Positions 38,278 through 49,298 of a stretch of 64,000 bases of DNA are shown here, piece by piece. Within the stretch, counting starts at the first letter, position 1. Each line of letters opens with the position of its first letter. The position numbers and the translations under genes were made by a program. The DNA is from Acidimicrobiia bacterium (GTDB taxonomy: Bacteria; Actinomycetota; Acidimicrobiia; Spongiisociales; ZC4RG35): positions 704,001-768,000 of the forward strand of contig OZ244034.1 of the NCBI GenBank assembly GCA_965215185.1. The letters run 5' to 3'. The notes under the pieces are model-generated. The model saw nothing but the letters and a program-made list of their open reading frames with translations. It searched no databases and had not been told where the DNA came from.

Positions 38278-41200
38278 ATGAAGAAAATCATGGCCGCCAA
38301 CCGGGGCGAGATAGCCATCCGGATCATGAGGGCCGCGACCGAACTCGGCCTGCGCACCGCCACCATCTACCCGAGCGAGGATCGTTTCAGCCTCCACCGC
38401 TTCAAAGCGGATGAGGCCTACGAGATCGGCAGCGACAAAGGGCCGGTAGCAGCCTATTTGGACATCGACGCCATCGTCGCCTTAGCCAAGGAGCGGGAGG
38501 TTGACGCCATCCATCCCGGATACGGGTTCCTATCCGAAAACAGCAGGTTCTCAAGAGCGTGTGCGCAGGCAGGTATCACCTTCATCGGCCCGCCGCCTGA
38601 GTTGCTCGAGTCTCTGGGTGACAAGACCGCTGCTCGGAGCCTTGCCAAGCGGGCGGGGGTGCCCACCGTCCCCGGAACCGGTCTTGCGCCGGCTGATCCC
38701 CGGGAGATTCTCCTCAGTGCCGAGTCGGTGGGTTATCCGTTGATCGTCAAGGCCTCCTTCGGCGGCGGCGGCCGTGGCATGCGGGTGGTCAACCATCCCG
38801 ATGAGCTGTTGGGAAGGCTGGAGGAGGCGAGCGGGGAGGCTCAGCGCAGCTTCGGAGATGGTTCGGTCTTTCTCGAACGCTACATTTCCCGAGCGCGGCA
38901 CATCGAAGTGCAGATTCTGGCCGACTCCCACGGTTCGGTGGTGCATCTCTGGGAACGTGATTGCTCGGTCCAGCGGCGCCATCAAAAGGTGGTGGAATTG
39001 GCGCCGGCGCCAAACCTACCCGACCAACTCCGCGACAAGATTTGTGCGGCGGCTATCCGGGTGGCCCAGACAACCGGTTACGTGAACGCCGGCACTGTCG
39101 AGTTCCTAGTGGATGCCGATACCGGCGAGTGGTTCTTCATCGAGGTGAACCCGCGCATCCAGGTGGAGCACACCGTGACGGAGTTGGTCACCGGTGTCGA
39201 CCTAGTCCGGTCCCAGATTTTGGTGGCGCAGGGATGCCGGCTCCACGAGGCGCCGCTCTCCATTCCGCTTCAGAGCGAGATCCCCCGCCGGGGGACCGCC
39301 ATACAGTGCCGCATAACCACCGAGGATCCCAAAAACGAGTTCTCGCCGGACTACGGGCGCCTGCAGACCTACCGTAGCCCCGGTGGGCTGGGTATCCGGC
39401 TCGACGGAACTGCTTATGCCGGAGCGGTGCTCAGCCCGTTTTACGACTCGCTTCTTGTCAAACTCACCGCGTCGGACACAAACCTTCCTGACGCCTGCAC
39501 GCGAGCCGATCGAGCTTTGCAAGAGTTCCGGATCCGGGGGGTTGAGACCAACATTCAGTTTCTGCGCAATGTGATCAACCATCCCGATTTCCGCAATGGC
39601 GTTGTAACGACTCATTTCCTGGACGAGACCCCCGAACTCTTCGATATCCGGCCACCCCGCGATCGCGCCAACAGGCTGCTCAGCTATATCGGCGACACGA
39701 TCCTCAACGGGAATCCCACCGTGGCCGGAAAGGAACACCCGAAGAAACTAAAGGCTCCTCCCGTGGTGCCGGTAGACATGAGCGCCAAGCCACCTCCCGG
39801 GACCCGCGATCTGTTGCTGGAACTGGGACCGGACAGGTTTGCCGAGTGGGTCTGGGAGCAAGAGCGGCTTCTGGTGACCGACACCACCTTCCGTGACGCC
39901 CACCAGTCGCTCTTGGCAACCCGGGTGCGCACATACGACTTGTTGGGTACCGCCGGGGCAGTGGCAAGACGCCTCCCGAACCTGTTCAGCGTCGAGATGT
40001 GGGGAGGCGCCACGTTCGATGCGGCGCTCAGGTTCCTGTACGAGGATCCATGGGAGCGTCTCCGTCTGATGCGGGAGGCGATTCCCAACATCTGCTTCCA
40101 GATGCTGCTGCGAGCCTCAAACGCGGTCGGGTACACCAGTTACCCCGACAATGTGGTGCGAGAGTTCACCATCGAGGCCGCCCGGCAGGGTATCGACGTC
40201 TTCCGGGTCTTTGACTCTCTGAACGACGTGCGAAACATGGAGGTGGCCATTGAAGCAGTGCGCAGTACTCATGCCATTTGTGAGGCCGCCATCTGTTACA
40301 CCGGCGATCTTCTTGATCCGGGGAGACCCAAGTACAGCCTGACCTACTACATGGATCTGGCCCGGCAACTCAAGGCGATGGGAGCGCACATACTCTGCAT
40401 CAAGGACATGGCTGGGCTGTGCCGTCCGTATGCGGCCGATCAATTGGTGAGGGTGCTACGGGAGGAACTGGGCATGCCGATCCATTTCCATACGCACGAC
40501 GCCAGCGGGGTGCAGGCGGCCACCCTCCTAAAGGGATGCGAAGCCGGGATCGATATCATCGACGCGGCTGTGGCCGCGGTTTCGGGCTCCACCAGCCAAC
40601 CAAACCTAAACACGATTGTCGGCTCGCTTAGAGGTACCGAGCGGGATACTGAGCTCGACTCGCAGGCTTTAGGCGACTGCTCGCTGTATTGGGAAACGGT
40701 CCGCACCTACTATCAGCCCTTCGACAACTCGCCCAAGTCGGGGAGCGCCCGGCTCTACGACCACGAAATCCCGGGTGGACAGTTCACCAACCTCCAACAG
40801 CAGGCGACGGCCTTGGGTCTTGGGCAACGCTGGCGAGAGGTTGAGGAGATGTATGCGGATGTCAACCAGATGCTGGGTGACATCGTCAAAGTCACACCGT
40901 CCAGCAAGGTGGTGGGTGATCTGGCTCTGTTCCTGCTCTCCAAGGGGATGACGTGTGATGAGGTTCGACGGCTTCCCCCCGACCACAACATCGGGTTCCC
41001 CGAGTCGGTGGTCGACATGATGCGGGGGTCCCTCGGTGAACCTCCCGGCGGGTGGCCGGAGGACATCCGGCAAATACTGCTGTGCCGCAACGAACCGATC
41101 GAGGGGCGGGCAGGCGGGAACCTGCCTAGCGCCGATATCGACGCCTCCGTCGAGACTGCGACGGCGTTGCTCGGGCGGGAAGGGGAGTGGGCCGACGGCC

Positions 41201-41718
41201 TCAGCTACCTGCTCTATCCTGCGGAGTTCACCAAATTTGCCGAGACCCGCCGGAAATTCGCCGATGTTGGCTTGCTTCCCACCCCGGTTTTCTTTTACGG
41301 GCTGGAAGAAGGTGAGGAGTGCGTATTCGACATCGAGCCGGGGAAACGCCTTATTGTGCAGTATCACACCGTGGGCGAACCACAGCCCGACGGAACCCGC
41401 ACGATCTTCTTCGATCTCAATGGAGCGCCCCGGGAGATACGGGTTCGCGACCGGTCCCTCCAATCGGAGAGACCCGCCGCTCGTAAGGCTGATAGCGGTA
41501 ATCCGCAGCACGTCGGCGCTCCGACCCCGGGTGTGGTGACCGGTCTGTTCGTAGCTGTTGGGGACGAGGTGACGGCCACCAGCAAATTGCTGACACTGGA
41601 GGCGATGAAGATGCAGAGCACCATTTACGCTCCGGACTCGGGTCGGGTCAAGGAACTACTGGTTCAAGCGGGAAGCCAGGTCGAGGCCAAGGATCTGCTG
41701 GTGGTGGTGGAATCGTGA
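38278..41718 (+). CDS. pyc: Pyruvate carboxylase
   Basis: ANRGEIAIR biotin carboxylase domain, DTTFRDAHQSLLATR carboxyltransferase domain, EAMKM biotinyl site. Confidence 0.97.
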   Translation: MKKIMAANRGEIAIRIMRAATELGLRTATIYPSEDRFSLHRFKADEAYEIGSDKGPVAAYLDIDAIVALAKEREVDAIHPGYGFLSENSRFSRACAQAGITFIGPPPELLESLGDKTAARSLAKRAGVPTVPGTGLAPADPREILLSAESVGYPLIVKASFGGGGRGMRVVNHPDELLGRLEEASGEAQRSFGDGSVFLERYISRARHIEVQILADSHGSVVHLWERDCSVQRRHQKVVELAPAPNLPDQLRDKICAAAIRVAQTTGYVNAGTVEFLVDADTGEWFFIEVNPRIQVEHTVTELVTGVDLVRSQILVAQGCRLHEAPLSIPLQSEIPRRGTAIQCRITTEDPKNEFSPDYGRLQTYRSPGGLGIRLDGTAYAGAVLSPFYDSLLVKLTASDTNLPDACTRADRALQEFRIRGVETNIQFLRNVINHPDFRNGVVTTHFLDETPELFDIRPPRDRANRLLSYIGDTILNGNPTVAGKEHPKKLKAPPVVPVDMSAKPPPGTRDLLLELGPDRFAEWVWEQERLLVTDTTFRDAHQSLLATRVRTYDLLGTAGAVARRLPNLFSVEMWGGATFDAALRFLYEDPWERLRLMREAIPNICFQMLLRASNAVGYTSYPDNVVREFTIEAARQGIDVFRVFDSLNDVRNMEVAIEAVRSTHAICEAAICYTGDLLDPGRPKYSLTYYMDLARQLKAMGAHILCIKDMAGLCRPYAADQLVRVLREELGMPIHFHTHDASGVQAATLLKGCEAGIDIIDAAVAAVSGSTSQPNLNTIVGSLRGTERDTELDSQALGDCSLYWETVRTYYQPFDNSPKSGSARLYDHEIPGGQFTNLQQQATALGLGQRWREVEEMYADVNQMLGDIVKVTPSSKVVGDLALFLLSKGMTCDEVRRLPPDHNIGFPESVVDMMRGSLGEPPGGWPEDIRQILLCRNEPIEGRAGGNLPSADIDASVETATALLGREGEWADGLSYLLYPAEFTKFAETRRKFADVGLLPTPVFFYGLEEGEECVFDIEPGKRLIVQYHTVGEPQPDGTRTIFFDLNGAPREIRVRDRSLQSERPAARKADSGNPQHVGAPTPGVVTGLFVAVGDEVTATSKLLTLEAMKMQSTIYAPDSGRVKELLVQAGSQVEAKDLLVVVES

Positions 41719-41925
41719 TGAGTTGTCAATCCCGGTGGAGCGATCTTCCCACAACCTGACCAGATGCAACAGATCGCCCATCCTGGTGGCATCGAGTAGC
41801 ACCTGTTGACAGGGGCAATCGTGCCAGGGAGGGTACACCTTGGACACCGCCCGGCTGGGATGCTGACAAGACGGTGTAATCTGCTTGATGGCCAAAGTAT
41901 CCCAGGGTTGAGGTTGTGATAGAAG

Positions 41926-43128
41926 ATGCCGGAGAAAATCCAGAAGAGTGCCGAGGGGCTTTCGATCCCCGACCATCCCATTATTCCCTTCATAGAGGGC
42001 GATGGGATAGGACCTGACGTGTGGCGGGCAGCCCGGCGGGTGTTTGACGCCGCGGTCGCCAAAGCCTATGGGGGCGACCGGCGCATCGAATGGCTGGAAG
42101 TGTTGGCCGGGCAGAAAGCCTTCGACCAGACCGGATCTTGGCTTCCGGACGAGACTGTTGACGCCATCAGGGAGTATTTGGTGGCGATCAAGGGTCCGTT
42201 GACGACGCCGGTGGGGGGCGGGATACGCAGCATCAATGTCGCCTTACGCCAGATCCTCGATCTGTATGCGTGTATTAGGCCGGTGCGGTGGCTGCGGGGA
42301 GTGCCTTCTCCGGTGGTGCATCCCCATTTGGTGGACATGGTGATATTCCGGGAGAACACCGAAGACCTGTACAGAGGGTTGGAATTGAAGGCAGGAAGTC
42401 CTGAGGCGATTCGGCTGCTGGCCCATCTGCAAGCCGATTTGGGCTGGGAGATCCGGCCCGACTCGGGGATCGGTATCAAGCCGATTTCGGAGACGGGGAC
42501 CAAACGCCTGGTGCGGGCGGCCGTTCAGCACGCGCTCGACAATGGTCGCCGATCGGTGACCATAGTTCACAAAGGCAACATCATGAAATTCACCGAGGGA
42601 GCGTTCCGGGAATGGGGTTACGAATTGGTCCGTGAGGAGTTCGCCGATAGGGCGGTGAGTTGGGAAGATTGCGGTGGGGAACCTGGTGACCGTCTCTTGG
42701 TGCAAGATGTGATCGCCGACGCCTTTCTGCAGAAGATTCTCACTCGACCCGCCGAGTTCGATGTGATAGCCACGATGAATCTCAACGGTGACTATATATC
42801 GGACGCCTTGGCGGCCCAGGTGGGGGGGGTCGGCTTGGCCCCGGGGGGCAACATCAACTTTCAGGTTGGCTTTGCCCTTTTCGAGGCCACCCATGGGACC
42901 GCTCCCAGCTATGCCGGACTGGACAAGGTGAATCCGGGTTCGCTGATACTTTCCGGAGAGATGATGCTTCGTTATATTGGGTGGTCGGAGGCGGCTGACC
43001 TGATTCCGGCCGCGATGGAGAAGTCCATCATCGATAAGGTGGTCACCTATGACTTGGCCAGGCTCACCGAAGGTGCCACCACAGTGGGGACATCGGAATT
43101 CGCCTCAGCGGTGATCGAGAGAATGTAA
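41926..43128 (+). CDS. icd: NADP-dependent isocitrate dehydrogenase (dimeric type)
   Basis: [51 protein letters not shown]. Confidence 0.96.
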   Translation: MPEKIQKSAEGLSIPDHPIIPFIEGDGIGPDVWRAARRVFDAAVAKAYGGDRRIEWLEVLAGQKAFDQTGSWLPDETVDAIREYLVAIKGPLTTPVGGGIRSINVALRQILDLYACIRPVRWLRGVPSPVVHPHLVDMVIFRENTEDLYRGLELKAGSPEAIRLLAHLQADLGWEIRPDSGIGIKPISETGTKRLVRAAVQHALDNGRRSVTIVHKGNIMKFTEGAFREWGYELVREEFADRAVSWEDCGGEPGDRLLVQDVIADAFLQKILTRPAEFDVIATMNLNGDYISDALAAQVGGVGLAPGGNINFQVGFALFEATHGTAPSYAGLDKVNPGSLILSGEMMLRYIGWSEAADLIPAAMEKSIIDKVVTYDLARLTEGATTVGTSEFASAVIERM

Positions 43129-43210
43129 GCTGCGAGTATGGCTTTTGTGGCTGGAAGGTGAACAACAGGGCGGAGTATTCTTGTCCTACACCCTTTGAGG
43201 TAGACCGACA

Positions 43211-44182
43211 GTGACCGTAGCCACCCTCGAAATATCCCGCAAGCCTTCGGTGTTTCCCGCCGAAGAGCGAGCCGCCCTTGAGCCGCTCATCCAGGAGATC
43301 GAACAGCTCAAAGCGGATCGCAATGCACTGATCACCGCCCACAACTACATGACCCCCGATATCTATTACGGGGTGGCCGACCTGGTGGGGGACTCCCTGG
43401 CGTTGGCCCAGATGGCGGCTCGAAGCGACGCCGAAGTGATCCTGATGGCCGGCGTTCATTTCATGGCCGAGACCTCCAAGCTCTTAAACCCCGACGCCAC
43501 CGTGCTAATTCCGGATCTGCGGGCGGGGTGCTCTTTGGCCGAGGGAATCACCGCCCAGGATGTGCGGCGTCTCAAGGGTCTGTATCCGGGGACTCCGGTG
43601 GTCAGTTATGTGAACACCACTGCGGAAGTGAAGGCCGAGTCCGACATTTGTTGCACCTCGGGAAACGCAGTGGCTGTGGTCGAATCGCTGGAGACCGACC
43701 GGGTGATCTTTCTACCCGACGGGTTCCTGGGCCGGTATGTCGCCTCCCATACCGATGTGGAGATCATCATTTGGGAGGGAAGGTGCATCGTTCACGACCG
43801 GTTCAGTGGCCAGGAGTTGGAGGAATTTCGGCAGATGCTTCCCAATGTGCCGGTGATCGCCCATCCCGAGTGCGCCCCCGACGTTTTGGAGCAGGCCGAC
43901 TTCGTGGGATCTACCCACGGGATTGTGAACTGGGTGCGTGAGTTGCGGCCTCCCCAGGTGATGATGCTCACCGAATGCTCGATGGCCGACAACGTTGCAT
44001 ACGAGTTGGAGGGCGTGGAGATCTTACGGCCATGCAACCTTTGTCCTCACATGAAGAAGATCACGCTGGAGAACATAAGGCACTCGCTTTTGACCATGAC
44101 CCATGAGGTGGTGTTGGATCCCGAAATAGCCGCGCGGGCCCGGGTGTCGGTGGAGCGGATGCTTGAGGTGGGGCGCAGCTGA
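43211..44182 (+). CDS. nadA: Quinolinate synthase A
   Basis: AHNY, GVHFMAE, AGCSLA, YVNT, GRCIVH, HPEC, CPHMK. Confidence 0.95.
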   Translation: MTVATLEISRKPSVFPAEERAALEPLIQEIEQLKADRNALITAHNYMTPDIYYGVADLVGDSLALAQMAARSDAEVILMAGVHFMAETSKLLNPDATVLIPDLRAGCSLAEGITAQDVRRLKGLYPGTPVVSYVNTTAEVKAESDICCTSGNAVAVVESLETDRVIFLPDGFLGRYVASHTDVEIIIWEGRCIVHDRFSGQELEEFRQMLPNVPVIAHPECAPDVLEQADFVGSTHGIVNWVRELRPPQVMMLTECSMADNVAYELEGVEILRPCNLCPHMKKITLENIRHSLLTMTHEVVLDPEIAARARVSVERMLEVGRS

Positions 44183-45021
44183 CCTATCCGGGAGACCTCC
44201 ATAACCTCTTGGAACGGGCCTTTTCGGAAGATCTGGGCACGGCGGGGGACCTAACCTCCTCAGCTCTCATCGACGAGAGTCAGATGGCGGTGGGGATACT
44301 GGTATTCAAGTCGGAGGGAAGGGTTGCGGGTCTCAGCGTGGCGGAGGCTGCTTTCCGCTTTCTGGACCAGCGGGTGGGTTTCGAGCCGATGACCACTGAT
44401 GGGACGGATTTAGGGGAAGGATCGCAGGTGGCGATGGTGAGCGGTCCGGCCCGCGGGATACTGTCGGCAGAGAGAGTGGCGCTCAACCTGTTGGGTCGCC
44501 TGTCGGGCATTGCCACGGCTACTCGTGACCTGGTGCGGGCGGTGGCCGGAACCCGAGCCCGGATCAGCGACACCCGCAAGACCACCCCCGGCTTGCGCCC
44601 CTGGGAGAAGGAAGCGGTCCGGGTTGGAGGGGGAATCAACCATCGCATGGGACTATGGGACGCGGTTCTGATCAAGGACAACCATCTAGCCCTACTGGAA
44701 GACGCGGCCCAAGCGGTGCGAACCGCCCGGGAGAAGACGGGGGGGAAGGTGCCAGTGGTGATCGAGGTCTCTGATCTGTCCCAACTCAAGGAGGTAGTGG
44801 AGGCCGGGCCCGATGTGATGTTGTTGGACAATATGCCTCCCGCGCAAATGACCGAGGCGGTGCGCCGTGTGGGAAATAGGTTGACCCTGGAGGCCAGCGG
44901 GGGAATCTCCTTGGCCAATGTCCGACAGGTGGCGGAGACCGGCGTGGACATCATCTCAACAGGCTGGATAACCCATTCGGCGCCGGTGGTAGATGTCAGT
45001 CTGCGGTTGTCCAGTGTCTGA
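44179..45021 (+). CDS. nadC: Quinolinate phosphoribosyltransferase (start CTG 44179 or TTG 44209)
   Basis: EDLG..GDLTS, ERVALN, DTRKTTPG, LIKDNH, LLDNM, EASGGI. Confidence 0.94.
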   Translation: MTYPGDLHNLLERAFSEDLGTAGDLTSSALIDESQMAVGILVFKSEGRVAGLSVAEAAFRFLDQRVGFEPMTTDGTDLGEGSQVAMVSGPARGILSAERVALNLLGRLSGIATATRDLVRAVAGTRARISDTRKTTPGLRPWEKEAVRVGGGINHRMGLWDAVLIKDNHLALLEDAAQAVRTAREKTGGKVPVVIEVSDLSQLKEVVEAGPDVMLLDNMPPAQMTEAVRRVGNRLTLEASGGISLANVRQVAETGVDIISTGWITHSAPVVDVSLRLSSV

Positions 45022-46135
45022 GTCGCCCGTCGCTTCCACCGAGGCGTCCGGGTTGAAGATACGTTTGCGGGTGGTGATCCCCGCCCATGACGAGGAGACG
45101 GTTGTAGGTGCCCTGGTCACAGATCTCCGCGGTCAGGATTACCCCTCCACCGCCTACTCGATGTGGGTGTTGGCCGACCGGTGCGGGGACGACACGGCCG
45201 GGGTGGCAGTCGGGGCGGGGGCTCAGGTAGTGACTCGCACCCTTGGTCCGGACGGCAAGGGAGAACTCTTGAAGTGGTATCTATCCCATCATCCGTTGTC
45301 CGGGGACGAGGCGTTGGTGGTTTTGGACGCCGACAACCGGGTGGACAAGGATTTCTTGACCCGGTTGGCCGAGGGGTTGGAACGCAGTGGCGGTGTGGTG
45401 CAGGCTTCGGTGCTTCCCTCCAATCTCGACGCCTCCCCGATCGCCGCGGCTGCCGGGTTGGGTGATTGGATGGCCAGGGAGATGGTTTATAAGAAGATGG
45501 CAAAGCGGGGTTGGCCGATGGAACTGGGCGGGACTGGGTTCGCAGCAACCGCGGCTGTGCTATCCGAGGCTGGTGGTTGGAGCGGGTCGTTCACCGAGGA
45601 CCTCGATCTGACGGTCAGATTGTTGTTGGCGGGCCATCAGGTCAGGTACCTACCCGGGGCCAGGGTTTGGGATGAAAAGCCAGCCCGGCTCGGGACCGCC
45701 GTCGGGCAGCGAAGGAGGTGGGCGCAGGGCCGCACCGGGGTGCGTAGGACCTGGGGAGGGAAGCTATGGATGGCCGCCCTGAGGAAACGATCCTTGCCCA
45801 TGATGATCATGGCCCTGCGTCTGGCTGTTCCCGGGAGGTCTGTGCGGCTGCTGGGTACGTTCGCCCTGGGTCTTCTGTCCGTGATGTGGGAATGGAGTTT
45901 TCCATTCTCCTGGCCGGTCTGGACAGTGGTCGCCTTGTGGTTGGGTGGCCGTCCGCTGTGGGCTTTGTGGTCGGTTAGGGAAGTTCGTCCCTATTTGCGT
46001 TGGTATCCGCTCACCCTGATGTGGGGCTTTGTGTGGCTGTGGGTTCGATTGGGTCCCCGTCGGCGGGATTGGTATCACACACCCCATCATGGAAAGCGTT
46101 CGGACCGCCGGAAAAACCGCTACTCAAACCCCTAA
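45014..46135 (+). CDS. Glycosyltransferase family 2, processive-type motifs
   Basis: VVIPAHDEE, LDADN, TEDLD, QRRRWAQG; C-terminal TM helices; WYHTPH. Confidence 0.9.
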   Translation: MSESPVASTEASGLKIRLRVVIPAHDEETVVGALVTDLRGQDYPSTAYSMWVLADRCGDDTAGVAVGAGAQVVTRTLGPDGKGELLKWYLSHHPLSGDEALVVLDADNRVDKDFLTRLAEGLERSGGVVQASVLPSNLDASPIAAAAGLGDWMAREMVYKKMAKRGWPMELGGTGFAATAAVLSEAGGWSGSFTEDLDLTVRLLLAGHQVRYLPGARVWDEKPARLGTAVGQRRRWAQGRTGVRRTWGGKLWMAALRKRSLPMMIMALRLAVPGRSVRLLGTFALGLLSVMWEWSFPFSWPVWTVVALWLGGRPLWALWSVREVRPYLRWYPLTLMWGFVWLWVRLGPRRRDWYHTPHHGKRSDRRKNRYSNP

Positions 46136-46143
46136 TTTGGGTT

Positions 46144-46172
46144 TTGTCTGGGGGGATCAAGGTGTATATACT
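46144..46172 (+). promoter_or_regulatory. Putative housekeeping sigma promoter of the str operon
   Basis: TTGTCT-N17-TATACT in the intergenic region upstream of rpsL. Confidence 0.6.
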
Positions 46173-46328
46173 TGCCCTTCGTGGTCGTAGTACCTCAAGC
46201 CGTCTCATAGGGGCTCTCCGCCTGACCCAGTACCGGAGTGTCCTCCGGGTGCGGTCCGAAACGCAGAAATAGGTAAAACGGTCTCTCCTGCGTGTGCGGG
46301 GTGATCGAAATTCCGGTGAAGGAAAGCA

Positions 46329-46700
46329 ATGCCGACGATCCAACAGTTGGTGCGCCGCGGGCGCAAACCAAAGAAGAAGAAAGTCAAGACAGCCGGTTTG
46401 GCCGGGGCTCCCCAGCGAAGGGGAGTATGCACCCGCGTCTACACCGTTACCCCCAAGAAGCCGAATTCGGCGATGCGTAAAGTGTGCCGGGTTAGGTTGT
46501 CGTCGGGCATTGAAGTGACTGCTTACATTCCCGGAGAAGGGCACAATCTTCAGGAGCACTCCATTGTGCTGGTGAGAGGCGGCCGGGTCCGTGACTTGCC
46601 GGGAGTTCGTTACAAGGTGATCCGCGGGACATTGGACGCGTCGGGGGTCTCCGAGCGTCGGCAGGCCCGTTCCCGCTATGGCGCGAGGAAAGGGCGATGA
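46329..46700 (+). CDS. rpsL: 30S ribosomal protein S12
   Basis: [32 protein letters not shown]. Confidence 0.98.
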   Translation: MPTIQQLVRRGRKPKKKKVKTAGLAGAPQRRGVCTRVYTVTPKKPNSAMRKVCRVRLSSGIEVTAYIPGEGHNLQEHSIVLVRGGRVRDLPGVRYKVIRGTLDASGVSERRQARSRYGARKGR

Positions 46701-47164
46701 GGAGATCAGCCGCCACCCCGCGGAAGATCGATCCCGATCCGGTGTTTCGCAATGTCCTGGTCAGCCAGGTCATCAACAAGGTGTTGTGGAAGGGAAAAAA
46801 GGATCTTGCCCGCCGGATCGTCTATTCGGCTTTGGAGCGGGTGGAACTGCGCACCCGCCAAGATCCGGTAAGCGTGCTGAAAAGGGCCATCGACAACCTC
46901 AAGCCTCAGATGGAGGTGCGGTCCCGACGAGTGGGAGGATCTTCCTACCAGGTGCCCGTGGATGTGCGTCCTGACCGGGCCAGTTGCCTGGCCATCCGGT
47001 GGTTGGTCGGTTACGCTCGCCGTCGGCGAGAGCCCACCATGGCGTTGCGGTTGGCCGGGGAGATACTCGATGCGGCTAATAACACCGGGTCTGCGTTCAA
47101 AAGACGCGAAGACATACACAAGATGGCGGAGTCCAACAAGGCTTTCGCCCACTACCGCTGGTAG
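46697..47164 (+). CDS. rpsG: 30S ribosomal protein S7
   Basis: [28 protein letters not shown]. Confidence 0.98.
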   Translation: MRRSAATPRKIDPDPVFRNVLVSQVINKVLWKGKKDLARRIVYSALERVELRTRQDPVSVLKRAIDNLKPQMEVRSRRVGGSSYQVPVDVRPDRASCLAIRWLVGYARRRREPTMALRLAGEILDAANNTGSAFKRREDIHKMAESNKAFAHYRW

Positions 47165-47174
47165 AGGTTTTGTT

Positions 47175-49289
47175 GTGGCTGCTGACCGGGAAAATCGTCT
47201 CCTGCGCATGCGCCAGGTGCCTCTGAGCCGCACCCGCAACATCGGCATCATGGCACATATCGACGCCGGCAAGACGACGCTCACTGAACGGATTCTCTAC
47301 TACACCGGTCGAAACTACAAGATCGGCGAGGTGCACGAGGGCGCCGCCACCATGGACTGGATGGCCCAGGAGCAGGAGCGGGGGATCACCATCACTTCGG
47401 CCGCCACCACCTGCATCTGGCACGACCACAGCATCAACATCATCGACACTCCCGGGCACGTTGACTTTACGGTCGAGGTGGAGCGAAGCCTGCGGGTATT
47501 GGACGGCGCGGTGGCGGTATTCGACGGAGTGGCGGGAGTTGAGCCGCAGTCAGAGACGGTTTGGCGCCAAGCCGACCGCTACCAGGTTCCCCGCATTTGC
47601 TTCATCAACAAGCTTGATCGGGTGGGGGCCGACTTCTTCGCGGATGTAGAGTCCATTCGCACCCGCCTGCAGGCCAAACCTCTGGTTCTTCAGCTTCCTG
47701 TGGGAGAGGAGAGCGGTTTTCGGGGAGTTGTCGATCTGGTGGAAATGCAGCTTCACGAGTGGCGGGGAGATGACGGCAAGCAGTGGGACACCGGGGAGAT
47801 TCCCGAGTCGATGCTGGACCTCGCCTACGAATACCGGGCACGGATGCTGGAACAAGTGGCTGAAGTGGATGAGAAGCTCCTTATCAAGTTCCTCGAAGAT
47901 TTGTACATCACCCCCGAGGAGATACGTGCGGCGATTCGGGTGGGTGTCTTGCAGCACATGTTTGTGCCGGTGCTATGCGGCGCGGCTTTCAAGAACAAAG
48001 GGGTCCAGCTGCTGCTGGACGCCATTGTCCATTACCTGCCCAGCCCGTTGGATCTTCCTGCGGTGCAAGGCTTCGCTCCCAAGAATCCCGAAGAGATCTT
48101 GGATCGCAAACCCCAGGACGACGAGCCCTTCTCGGCTTTGGCGTTCAAAATCATGACTGACCCCCATGTGGGCAAGCTCACCTACTTTCGGGTCTATTCG
48201 GGGTCGGCCTCCAAGGGCGGAGCGGTGCTCAACACCTCCAGCGGTAAAAAGGAGCGTTTGGGCCGGTTGCTTCGCATGCATGCCAACCGCCGCGAGGACA
48301 TCAATGACGTGTACGCGGGTGACATTGTGGCCGCGGTGGGACTGCACAGCACAACCACCGGAGACACGCTCTCCTCTATCCACGATCCCATCAGCCTGGA
48401 GTCCATGGCCTTTCCCGCTCCGGTGATCTGGGTAGCTATCGAGCCCCGCACTCGGGTCGACCAGGATAGGTTGTCCTCATCGCTTCAAAAGCTCTCCGAA
48501 GAGGATCCCACCTTCCTGGTGCGAAGCGATGAGGAGACCGGTCAGACCATCATCGCCGGAATGGGGGAGTTGCATTTGGAAGTGTTGGTGGATCGACTGG
48601 TCCGGGAGTTCAAAGTCGCCGCCAACATCGGTAAGCCGCAGGTCGCCTATCGGGAGACCATTGAATCGGAGTCGGGGAAGGTCGAAGGCCGCTACGTGCG
48701 ACAGAGTGGCGGCCGCGGTCAATACGGTCATGTGGTCATCGCCCTCGAGCCCACCGGCCCAGGAGGGGGTTACGAGTTCGTCAACAAGATCAGGGGGGGC
48801 CGTGTCCCTCGCGAATACATTCCGGCCGTGGCCGCCGGTATCGAGGAGGCTCTGGACGGCGGCTTCTTGGCCGGCTATCCGGTGGTGGATTTGAGGGTCA
48901 CCCTCCTTGACGGTTCGTATCACGATGTAGATTCTTCCGAGTTGGCCTTTCGGATAGCCGGGTCCATGGCAGTGCGCTCTGCCGCTAAGCAGGCGGGAAT
49001 GAAGCTGCTGGAACCGGTGATGGAAGTGGAAGTGGTCGCTCCCGAGGATTACATGGGAGATGTGATCGCTGATATTTCCTCGCGCCGAGGCCGAATCGAA
49101 GAAACCGATCAGCGGGGAACGTCTCGGATTATCACCGCAGCCGTGCCGCTGGGCGACATGTTCGGCTTTGCCACTGATATCCGTTCTCGGACACAGGGGC
49201 GAGCAACGTATACGATGCAGTTCAAGGCTTACCAAGATGTTCCAGCATCAATTTGTGAAGAGTTGCTTCACATGCGAACAGGTAAGTAA
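47175..49289 (+). CDS. fusA: Elongation factor G (start GTG 47175 or ATG 47208)
   Basis: [49 protein letters not shown]. Confidence 0.98.
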   Translation: MAADRENRLLRMRQVPLSRTRNIGIMAHIDAGKTTLTERILYYTGRNYKIGEVHEGAATMDWMAQEQERGITITSAATTCIWHDHSINIIDTPGHVDFTVEVERSLRVLDGAVAVFDGVAGVEPQSETVWRQADRYQVPRICFINKLDRVGADFFADVESIRTRLQAKPLVLQLPVGEESGFRGVVDLVEMQLHEWRGDDGKQWDTGEIPESMLDLAYEYRARMLEQVAEVDEKLLIKFLEDLYITPEEIRAAIRVGVLQHMFVPVLCGAAFKNKGVQLLLDAIVHYLPSPLDLPAVQGFAPKNPEEILDRKPQDDEPFSALAFKIMTDPHVGKLTYFRVYSGSASKGGAVLNTSSGKKERLGRLLRMHANRREDINDVYAGDIVAAVGLHSTTTGDTLSSIHDPISLESMAFPAPVIWVAIEPRTRVDQDRLSSSLQKLSEEDPTFLVRSDEETGQTIIAGMGELHLEVLVDRLVREFKVAANIGKPQVAYRETIESESGKVEGRYVRQSGGRGQYGHVVIALEPTGPGGGYEFVNKIRGGRVPREYIPAVAAGIEEALDGGFLAGYPVVDLRVTLLDGSYHDVDSSELAFRIAGSMAVRSAAKQAGMKLLEPVMEVEVVAPEDYMGDVIADISSRRGRIEETDQRGTSRIITAAVPLGDMFGFATDIRSRTQGRATYTMQFKAYQDVPASICEELLHMRTGK

Positions 49290-49298
49290 TACAGAAAA

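Noticed and set aside
43129-43210. Possible NAD regulator site or riboswitch before nadA (GAGTAT twice)
   Set aside because: Only direct half-sites; no palindrome or recognisable aptamer in 82 bp.
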